A model generated the notes under the pieces. That model ran no database searches and was not told the origin of the DNA. It was given only the letters and a program-made list of their open reading frames with translations. Of a DNA stretch of 64,000 bases, positions 25,018 through 35,900 are shown one piece after another. Position 1 is the first letter of the stretch, and each line of letters opens with the position of its first letter. A program made the translations under genes and the position numbers. Location of the stretch: contig OZ024749.1 of NCBI GenBank assembly GCA_964016885.1, positions 29,264,001 to 29,328,000 on the forward strand, in the 5' to 3' direction. This DNA is from Eledone cirrhosa (lineage: Eukaryota).

Positions 25018-26346
25018 ATGTCTGCCAAGATGTCATCTGTATGGAGTATAGTGTTATCAAGTATGTATATCAGTTTGCTCTTCTTAGCTCAACATTCTTT
25101 TATTGCTAATTCTGCTGACACTACTATGCCACCAGATTACAAGATGTCACCAGATTACGACAAGATGTCACCAGACTACGACAAGATGTCACCAGATTAT
25201 GATAAGATGCAACAATACAAACATCAGCTTTCTTTTCCAATTAATGACTTCACTTTAAAAATATTTCAACAACTTGTTGAGTCAAAGACAGGAAACATAT
25301 TATGGTCACCATTCCTAGTTAGTATGAGTCTCGCATTTATTCAGATGACTGATAGAAAAGCCTCTGCAGAGAAATTCCAATCTCTGATCTATCCTTCCGT
25401 ATCTTGGGAATTATTCCATCAAAGTTATACAGAATACCTAAAAACTCTCCAAGATGTACCAAAGTTCCAACTTTCTAATAAATTATATATCGACCCAGTT
25501 TTACTTCCTCAAATCAACACTAACCTTAGCAGATATTATTTCTTGGAAATAGATGAAATTCATCCTAGAACTATTGGTAAACTAAGTGAGAAGCTACATA
25601 AAAACAAAATCACCAACTTCATGGCATTTGGCAAGACAAATCAAGAAATGTTAGCTGTGTTGGTGAACAGCCTGCATTTCCAAGGATCTTGGAAACATCA
25701 GTTTAACAGGAAGTTTACAATGAAAGAAAACTTCTATGTGACAGAGACACAAGTGGAACCTATAGAAATGATGTATACCGAAGATTATTTCAGTATGAAA
25801 TCAGATGAACGTCTTAGCTTTAGGAGTTTAGAGATACCCCTGGTTGGAGACAGATTTAGTTTCTATATAATTCTTCCTGATGATCTTGAAGGAATTACAA
25901 CAATAGAAAACAAACTAACGTCACGATTGTTATGGCAAATTATTGCCAATAAATCTCCTCCTAGGAACGTTGCTTTGATTTTACCAAAGCTCCAGACGAA
26001 ATCTAATTTTACTTTTCAAGACATTTTATTCAAAGAAAAGATTAGCAGTGTGTTTGATCTGGAAAGTAACAATCAAACAAACCCAGACACACATTTAATT
26101 CATGAGCTACACCAAGGTTTTATCAATATCAATGAATTTGGAATAACAAGTAACCCTGCCTCTATGAGTAAATCAAGTCATTTGAGGGAAAAAAAGGCCA
26201 AATTTGATACATCTTTCACTGTTAATCATCCATTTTTATACTTTGTTGTTGATAAAACTTCTTTTATGATTCTACATGTGGGCAAATATACCAAGCCTGA
26301 AAGTGGTATGGTACAACAACCACAACATAACCATGATGAGCTTTGA
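25018..26346 (+). CDS. Serpin-family protein, 442 aa, with signal peptide and C-terminal HDEL ER-retention signal; CDS in one exon
   Basis: Serpin motifs NILWSPF, LVNSLHFQGSWKHQF, T...FYV, MM, LEIP, FYIILP, LPK, ININEFG, FTVNHPFLYFVVDK...ILHVGK. Hydrophobic N-terminus. A splice acceptor (ttttccag, ending 25005) just before the ATG implies an upstream non-coding exon. Confidence 0.95.
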   Translation: MSAKMSSVWSIVLSSMYISLLFLAQHSFIANSADTTMPPDYKMSPDYDKMSPDYDKMSPDYDKMQQYKHQLSFPINDFTLKIFQQLVESKTGNILWSPFLVSMSLAFIQMTDRKASAEKFQSLIYPSVSWELFHQSYTEYLKTLQDVPKFQLSNKLYIDPVLLPQINTNLSRYYFLEIDEIHPRTIGKLSEKLHKNKITNFMAFGKTNQEMLAVLVNSLHFQGSWKHQFNRKFTMKENFYVTETQVEPIEMMYTEDYFSMKSDERLSFRSLEIPLVGDRFSFYIILPDDLEGITTIENKLTSRLLWQIIANKSPPRNVALILPKLQTKSNFTFQDILFKEKISSVFDLESNNQTNPDTHLIHELHQGFININEFGITSNPASMSKSSHLREKKAKFDTSFTVNHPFLYFVVDKTSFMILHVGKYTKPESGMVQQPQHNHDEL

Positions 26347-26695
26347 TAATTTCTTTTAAAGCTTCTCTAATGATGGTGATATCTATAAATCTTGAAAAAT
26401 TAAATAACATTTTTACAGCTGATACCTATGTATGAAGATCAGCTGAAAAGTTCATAGGCTGATCAACATACTCTCATGGAATGACCAAATAAGGTTTATT
26501 TTTCAACATATTAGGGTCGGCTGACCAAATGAGATTTGTTTTTCAACATAATCCCTGGAAAGAAACAATGCAGTTATCAATAAGAGTTGAAATTACTGCA
26601 TGCAAAATTACACAGCTCTAACATCACCCCTTCATAATAAACCTATGCACTTTGTAGTTTTAGCTGACCTTCTACAAGGCTGTTTCTCAGGTGTT

Positions 26696-26888
26696 TTAAC
26701 CCTTTAATGTTCAAACCGGACAGAACTCTACTTCTTTCTGTTGAAACTGGTCGCTCAAACTGATGTTAAGGTATTGTTCTCAAAATAAATACTTTCAAAA
26801 TCTCATAGATTCGATATTATGTGAGGTTAAGCCTTTACTATGAAAATTTAATAGTATATATAGAGTAATGTGAATGCTAAAGGGTTAA
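26696..26888. mobile_element. piggyBac-like (TTAA) MITE. Copies at about 34960-35177, 45885-46088, 48139-48340, 48970-49188; a second TTAA family at about 30357-30597, 32226-32465, 40220-40463
   Basis: Termini TTAACCCTTT...AAAGGGTTAA with a shared interior across copies. Confidence 0.72.
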
Positions 26889-28404
26889 TGATAGAGGTCT
26901 CACATGAAAATCAATGCAAAATAGAGTAACTTGCTCACGATCACAATATGCTGTCCAATCCAGGAATTGAACCAAAGCCTTTATGATCACGTCTTCAGTA
27001 CCCTAAACCTTCACTCCAGAATCTCCAGTGCTATCTGTAAATCTTGGCTGTAACTAATATCAGTGGAATGAGAATGATTCCATATTTTATAACCTGAGAC
27101 TGTGTAATTCCTGACATTGTATCTTCTTTGTCCATTTATTCCTGAGAGGATCATGGGGGCAGAGTCCTCAAACACACCTTCTAGCGGGCCCTGTCAGAAG
27201 CAACCATCTCCAACTAACCTGGCGAGACCAGTCAAATTCATGATGTTATCCAACCATCTTGCTCTGGGTCTCCTGCCGGTTGGTTTTGCCTGTAAAATCT
27301 ATCCAGCAATTCTTTCCTGAGACATTCTAAACACACAGATTCAAACATATTTCCCTCATCATCACGACCGTGACTTCTGGCGTCACGCAGTAATACAGGG
27401 TACCCGACCTCCCATGGGTACATGCTGAAGCATATAAACAATATGCCCCCACTTTCCAGGTGCAACCACATGGTTGAAGGGTGCTCTCCTCTCCCATGGA
27501 TGGATTCTAGTCAATATGTATGTATTGTTTCATTGAATCTTCAACAACTATTTCAACAATGCTGATTATAAAATTATTTTTGAATCAATGTGCTTGTCAT
27601 TTTTCCATGTTCTAGTCTACCAAATACATTGATGTTTTGTTTTTATTTTTTATTATACAATAAATTATTTTTATCTTTTATATATATGTATATACAAACT
27701 CTCATTATTTTTATACATACATTTGCATGAATTTCTATATATATATACACATACACTCTTCCTATTATTATTTTTATATATACACCTGCATGAATCTCTA
27801 GTTCCTATAATAATAATAATTTTTTCTATGCTGTCATGGGCAATATAGTGTTACACCAGACAATGTATTGTTCACAATTGTTAAGTCCCCAAACCTCTAA
27901 GATAATAACTTAGTGGTTCTTGTATAAAATGATAGATTTTAAAAGGAACACTATTAAAATTAAATGTTTTTTTTTTATAGAACTAGAGCTGGTTTTGGTC
28001 AGGTTGGTATAGGAACCCTTTAAAATGAGTTTTGTTTCATAGAACCAGAACTGGTTTGGGGGCAGGTTGGTGTTAAAAGGGTGGCTTTGTTTCATAGAAC
28101 CAGAGGTGGTTTGGTATCAGAAGGTTTTAAAAACCTCTTCTAACCTATACCAGCATGGAGAAAAAACAACTAAACAGACATAAAAACGATGATGATGATG
28201 CATAGGAAGAAGACCAACAAAGATAGAAAGACAAAACAAAAAGTTTCTACAATCAAAGTAGATTTGTTTGGTTTATTTATTAAAGTTGATTTGTTGTTGT
28301 AAACAACAACAACAACAAGAGATTGAGACCTTTGGAATTATTCCAGTGAGAATCATTGTTACCATTTCTACAGAACAACTCTCTCAACAGGAAAATATTC
28401 TGGG

Positions 28405-28467
28405 TTATTCCAATTTCAAGTCATTGATTGCTTTCATAATTTCATTGTACTTGGATACTTTCTCTAT
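28405..28467 (-). CDS. EIF2A: eIF2A last coding exon ([20 protein letters not shown])
   Basis: Acceptor tttcag; TAA at 28405-28407; AATAAA on - near 28272-28281. Confidence 0.9.
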   Translation of the reverse strand: MEKVSKYNEIMKAINDLKLE

Positions 28468-31400
28468 CTGAAATGGAAATAAACAAATATATCATCAATA
28501 ATCAATCAATCAATAATTTATTTTATTTATTTAACTCTTAACGTCCTGTACCACATGAAACCACATTAGCAAAACATTCTTGAAAACTATATACAAAACA
28601 CTGAGTCCACCCTGTAAGGTCGTTGTGTTGGTGACACCACAAAAAGTACCCAGTTCAGTCAGTTCGTTGTTTTGGTGCCACGACAAAAAGTACCTGGTCC
28701 ACCTTGTAAAATGGTCATCTTGGTGCCAAGATAAAAAGCACTCAGTCCGCCTTGTAAAGTAGTCATGTAGGTGACATGATAAAAAGCACCCAGTTCACCT
28801 TGTAAAGTTGTCATCTTGGTACCACAATAAAAAGCACCCAGTTGACCCTATAAAGTGAGCATGTTAGTGTCACAATAAAAAACACCCAGTCCATGCTGGT
28901 TGGTGTTAGGAAGGTCATCCAGCTGTAGAAACCAAGCCAGAAACAGTTCTGTATAAGCAAGACACAGTCACCTGATCTGACTTGTCTCACATCAGGACAA
29001 CTCATCTAACCCATGCTAGCGTGGAAAATGGACGTTAAACGGTGATGATGGCTGTCATCTCCCACTATCTCTCTCTCTCCAATCCAATGTCCAAACTATC
29101 CTTACCTGGCATTTATCCAGAGTTTTCCCAGATTTCTGTTCTTCCTTCAGTTTATTGATCTGAGTAAGTTTCTGGGAAGAAATAAAAAACACAGAAATTT
29201 CCATAAATATAACAACAGCATCCTAATATACAGTTTAACATAGTGCAGCAATAATACAGATTGTACAATCACAAACACACACATACAATCCTATCACATG
29301 CATACCCTCACACCTCATATATAATCCTATCATACACATACAATCTTATCACATATATACACACAGACATATAAATATATATATAGCCTCATAACATGGC
29401 AGGCCATCTAACCCATGCAAGTATAGAAAATAGACATTAAACAGTGGTGGTGAAAGTGGTGATGATGGAGATGTTGGTAATAATGATGAAGTTGTTGGTG
29501 AGGTTGTTAATGATGATGAAGATGTTGATGATGGTGATAATAGTTCTAGTTATGTAATTTTACCTTCTTTAAGTTCTTTATTTTCTTACTTTTATCACCA
29601 TCTCCTGCTTCAGAATTGGTTTTCTTCTCAACAGTGACTGGTGCTGGGTCAGAGTTGTTGGCTTGTTGATTCTTAAGTAAAAGACAAAAAAAAAAAAAGA
29701 CTTCAATGGCTATTCCACAACCCCTCTGGTATTGTTGCCATGAAAATACACCCAGTACACTCTCTAAGATAGTGCTTGTGCTATGATAAAATACACCAAG
29801 TACACTCTGTAGAGTGGTAGTGTTGGAGCTATGAGGAAATACACCTAGTACGCTCTGTAAAGTGGTAGTGCTGGTGCCATGAAAATATACCTGTAAGGCA
29901 GTAAGTATTGATGCTATGATAAAAAAGCAACCAGTACACTTTGTATGGTGGTAGTGCTGGTGCTGCAAAAAATGTTCCCAGTAAATCCTGTAGGGGGTAG
30001 TGCTGGTGTTATGATAAAATGCAACCAATACACTCTGAAGTGGTTGGTGTTAGGAAGAGCATCCAGCCATGAAACCATATAGAAAACAGAATTCATGAGA
30101 GCTAGACATGGTCACCTGACCTGTCTAGCCCCATAACCCATGCAAGTATAGAAAATAGACGTTAAAAAATGGTGATGTTGATGATCATGATTCCAGTTAT
30201 ATAATTTTACCTTCTTTGAATTCTTTGTTTTCTTATTTTTCTCACTATCTCCAGTTTCAGAATTGGTTTTCTTCTCAACAGTGACTGGTGGTGCTGGGCC
30301 AGAATTGTTGGTTTGTTGATTCTAAAGTAAAAGGAAAAAACACAAGAAAAATAACTTTAACTCTTTAGTTACTAATCCAGCCAAAACCAGCGCTGGTTCT
30401 ATGAAATAAAGCCACCCATTTTTAAAGTTTCCAATTTAAATTAAAATCTTTCAACATAATTTTATATAAGAACCTTATATTAAGTTACTATCTTAGTAAT
30501 GAAATAATTAATACTTTTAGTAAATCCCTCAAAATTCTTCATTAATTAATTAAAATACGAGTGTATTTCATTAGAAATGTGGTCATGAAAGAGTTAATGA
30601 TCATTTCAATGGTGTTTGTCACCATTTCTCATAGATACAGACATGGCTGTGTGGTTAAAGAGTTCACTTTGGAACTATGTGGTTTTGGGTTCAGTGTCTT
30701 TTACTATAGCCTCCACTTGACCAATGCCTTGTGAATGGAATTTAGCAGTTAGAAACCCTGCTTCTATTATCCCCTACCATCTTGTCTTGGAGTAGATAGA
30801 TCAGAACAGTGGAGCAATAATAGTCACTGTTATTAAACTCAACTGATGAATGGATTATTTAGTGAACTAATATAAACTGAGGTGAAACTCAACTAGTGGT
30901 GATGGTGTAGATGGTGGTTGTGTTGGTAGTGGTGGTGGTGGTGATACTGGTTGTGCTGATGGTTTAGATAGTGATGGTGGTTGTGCTGATGGTTTAGATA
31001 GAGATGGTGGTGGTGATAGTGTTGGCGGTGCTGGTAACATGGAAAAATGGACATTAAACAGTGAAGATGATGGTGGTGCTCCTAGATATATAATTACCTT
31101 CTTTGAATTCTTTGATTTCTTATTTTTCTCACCATCTGCTGGTTCAGGATTAGTTTTCTTCTCAGCAGTGACTGGTGCTGGGTCAGAGTTGTTGGTTTGT
31201 TGATTCTAAAGAAACAGAAAAAGACAAACATAAGAAAAAAATCCAACAATTGTTCCACTGCACACCCCCAACACTAACCATGCCACCTCCACTATCACAC
31301 GCTAGTAGCTATCTCTCCACACCTGTGTACACCCCCTCACCCATCCCTCTCTGCTATCACATCTTAACTATTCTCATCATCACTACACTATCAGAGGTTA

Positions 31401-32914
31401 CTGCATCACCTCCCACCACACTTGCCATACAGCCATGACATCAGACTTACACTGTAAAGTGGTTGGTAATTGGAAGGGCATCCTGCTGAAGAAAGCTTGT
31501 CAAACAAAGAGTAGGGAGGACCTTTGAGTTGTGCCAAAAACTCGACAGTCTCTCTAGTGCTGGTGATCTACAAAATAAATGCACCCAATACACTCTGTAA
31601 AGTGGTTGGTGATAAGAAGTGTATCCAGCCATAGAAAGATTGCCAAACAAAGGGTTGGGAGGACCCTTCAGTTGTGTCAAAGAGATGACAACCTCCCTAG
31701 TGTTGGTACCAAGATAAGATGTACTCAGTAGAACATGGGACCCTATGTAAAGGAGATGCAGGCTCCTGACCTGTCTGGGAGGTCAGTGGCTCCACTTCAG
31801 TAGTGTGAAGACCCGTGCAACCCTTGCTAGCAGGAAAAAATGAACCTAAATGATTATGATGGAATACATATATAATCTGACCAATCCAAGCATAGAAAAT
31901 AGATGTTAAACAGTGTTGATAATAATGATGATAGTGGTGGTGGTGGGGGTGATGATGCTAGGAATAATGGTTGTAGCGATGGTGGTGGTGGTGGTGATAG
32001 CTGTGATGGTGATGATGTTCCCAGATATATAATTACCTTCTTTGGTTTCTTATTTTTCTCACCATCTTGTTCAGGATTAGTTTTCTTCTCAACAGTGACT
32101 GGTGCTGAGCCAGAGTTGTTGGTTTGTTGATTCTAAAGAAACAGAAGACAAAAACATAAGAAAAATAACTTTAAAAATTGTTCCACTGCTGTTTGTCACC
32201 ATTGACTACCCTACAGATAGGGGTGTTAACCCTTTCATGATCACATTTCTAATGAAATACTCTCTATTTAAATTAATTAATGAAGAATTTCAAGGGATTT
32301 ACTAAAATTATTCATAATTTCATTACTCAGATAGTAACTTAATGTAGGATTCTTATATAAAATTATGATGGAAAATTTTAATTTAAATTGGAAAACTTAA
32401 AAATAGGTGATTTTATTTCATAGAACCAGCCCTGGTTTTGGCCAGGTTGGTAATTAATGGGTTAAAGGTGGTGAGTTAGAGGGGTGACCTCCAGTAGTAT
32501 GGAAAGCTACTGTGATAATGATTGCAATGATGATAAATGTAGTGATGGTGATGTTGGAAGCAATCGTAAAGGTAATGGTGGTAGTGGTGGTTGTGTTGGT
32601 TATGATGATAATGGTGATGATGATGATGATGATGTTCCCAGATATATAATTACCTTCTTTGAATTCTTTGATTTCTTATTTTTCTCACCATCTCCTGTTT
32701 CAGGATTAGTTTTCTTCTCAACAGTGACTGGTGGTGCTGGGCCAGAGTTGTTGGGTTGTTGATTCTAAAGAAAAGGAAAAAAACTTTAAAGACCATTCCA
32801 CTGATATTTGTCACCATTTCACAGAATGTTATTAATGTATTGAGAATGTAATCGATAGCAGTTACGCAGCTCCTAGTCTCGACAAAATACATCCATTCTG
32901 CCATGCATGCTCAG

Positions 32915-32947
<33 letters not shown>

Positions 32948-35900
32948 ATGTATGTTTATATATGTGTTTATATATATATATCTAACCCATGCTAGCGTGC
33001 AAGATGGACGTTAAACGATGACGATGATGATGATGATGATGTATGTATATGTATATATATATATATAGATATACACATACATATATATATATATCATCAC
33101 CATTTTACGTCCATTCTTCCACACTAGCATGGGTTAGACGGGTTATCCTGTTGTAGGCAGTGCCTGGTCTTGCTGTGTGTGTATATATGTATATGTATAC
33201 ACATATATACATATATACACACATATAATCTAACCCATGCATGGAAAATAAACACAAAACAGTGACGATGGTAGTGATGATGATGATGATGATGATGATG
33301 GTGGTGAATCCAGATATATATAATTATATAATTACCTTCTTTGAATTCTTTGATTTCTTATTTTTCTCACCATCTCCTTGTTCAGGATTAGTTTTCTTCT
33401 CAACAGTGACTGGTGGTGCTGGGCCAGAGTTGTTGGGTTGTTGATTCTAAAGAAACAGAAGACAAAAACATAAGAATAATAACTTTAACACCATTGACCA
33501 CCTTACAGATGGGAGTATATTAAGGGTGGCCGCCAGTAGGATGGTGGATGCCTCTTCCACGGGTCCCAGCAACCAATATGTCATGGGAGAGTGAGGGTGG
33601 AACATCATTAGTGCAGAAAGCTACTGAGATAATAGCTAATCGCGATATGACTGGTGTGTCAGGGTTATAGTGAGGGATTTATCAAGAGTAGGAAGTTGGA
33701 TGCCTCTTCCACAGGTCCCAGCTACTGATGTTTCTCTGCACTTTAATCAGCTGTCATCTTTCATTCACATCACATGTCCATACCAGTGCAGTCTTCTCTC
33801 TTGCTCACTACATCCAATTCCTCTTATGTTCACTTATACAAAGTCATTCATGCACACTAACATTACACATCCATCGGAGCATACTCACTTCATTTTTTTC
33901 TAGCCGTCCCAGGTCTTCTTCAATCAAGGCCCATGTTTCACTGCCATGTAACACTGCAGTTCACACGTGTCATACAGTTTATCCTTCACTTGAAGAGAGA
34001 CCCCCCTTTGTTGTCAGCAGAGGTCCCATCACCCTAAACTTCTAGCCTGTTTTTACACTGGCTATCACATTTTCAGAGCATACTCTTCTACCTAGGTAAC
34101 AAAAGCTGTCATCAACTTCTAAGGAATCTGCCAGGCCACTGAGGGTATTAATTTCATGTCAGCTTTTAGTGCTTACTTCTTCTGCACATCTGCCACTTAT
34201 AAAATCGATGTTCTCCATTAACTTGCTAATAATCCCACACCTCTTGTGTCCAGGAATGTACAAGCTAGATTTGGTCACCTGATTGATCTAGTCCCAGAAT
34301 GTGACAGCCCATCTAACCCATACAAGCTTGGAAAATAGACAATAAATAGTGATGGTGGTGATGATGATGATAGATATTGGTTGTGATTATGATGATGATG
34401 ATTCTGGCTGTGTCATTTTACCTTCTTTGGATTCTTTGTCTTCTTATTTTTATCAACATCCGTTTCAGAACTGGATTTCTTCTCAACATTGACTGGTGCT
34501 AAGCCAGGGATGTTAGGTTGTTGATTCTAAAGGAAAAGGAAAAAACAAAATAACTTTAATGATCGTTCCTCTGTTGTTTATCATCTCTTAGATACAGGCA
34601 TGGCTGTGGTGCGGTATATATCTAGTTATTGTGAGTGGTGTGTGTGTGTCTTTCTGTTTGTTTATGTCCCTTAAAATAATTAGGCTTGAAAACATAAGTA
34701 CATGGGGGTTGATATAATCAGCTAAACCTTCTTAATGTGGTGCCCCAGCATGAAACCAGTTAAATAATAACAGAATCAAGTTACCTGTTTCTGAGCTTTT
34801 GACTTCTTATTACTCTTCTTTCCAGTGTCGGCAGAATAATCTGTTTAAAAGATTTCAAACTTTTGTAAATTTGATCTCATCAGAAAATTTCAATTTATAC
34901 TTCTGAAACAATTTAACCCTTTTGAAACCAACCTATCGGACATTGCTTCTTCCAATTCTTTAATCCTTTAGCATTTAAACCGGCCGTATCTGGCCAGAAT
35001 TCTCTTACCTCTTTCTCTTCAAACCAGCTGTAACCAGCCACTCGTACTGACATTAGGGTATGGTTCTCAAAGTAAATAATATCAAAAAAATCTTGTAGAT
35101 TCGATATTATTTGAGATAAAGCCTTTACCATGAAAATATAATAGTATATATAAAGTAATGTAAATGCTAAAGGGTTAATACAATTAACCTCAATTTTAAT
35201 TTAGAACCTGCCCTCATAATCTTATGTATAAACATTCTAATATGTTCCAAACACACATTTAATTCTTTTGAGACCATCCCACCAGACACAGTTTCTGATC
35301 TTTGATACAAATAACCTCAGGTTTAAACTGTTTAAATTTAATTTAAAAAACCTTCTTCTTCTTCGCTCACTTATTCCTGGGAGAGTTGTGGTGGCAGTCT
35401 TCAAGAACTTCTTCCAGTAGGTCTTGTCAGAAGCTACTGTCTCTATTTCATCCGGCTGGATCCCCAAGATGTTATCCAACCATCTTGGGTCTCCTGCCAG
35501 TTGGTTTTGCCCATAAAATCTGTCCAGTGATTCTTTTGTGAGTCATTCTAGCCAATTTAAAGCCCTCCATCATAATTTTATATAAGAGCATTTTGTTATG
35601 TTTCAAACACAAACTTAAACCTTTTGATACTTCATACCAACCCACCAGAAACCATCCATGTTCTATGAAATAAAATTTGCCCATTTTAAAGTGTTCATAC
35701 TTATATTAAAACCTTTCATCATAATTTTATGGAAGAACCTTTGTTAAGTTATGTTCCAAAAATCTTACTAATAGAAAAGTTTTGATTATTTTCAAAATTA
35801 TCTGAAACACATTGGTAGCGTCTTTCAGTTGAAATATGGCCAGGAAAAGGTTGAAGAAAAAAACTGAGAAATGTTAATACTTACTAAGACCTGGGATTTT

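Noticed and set aside
25126-25210. Reflectin-like Met periodicity in the serpin repeat
   Set aside because: Only the 7-residue Met spacing matches; the MD(X)5MD motif is absent.
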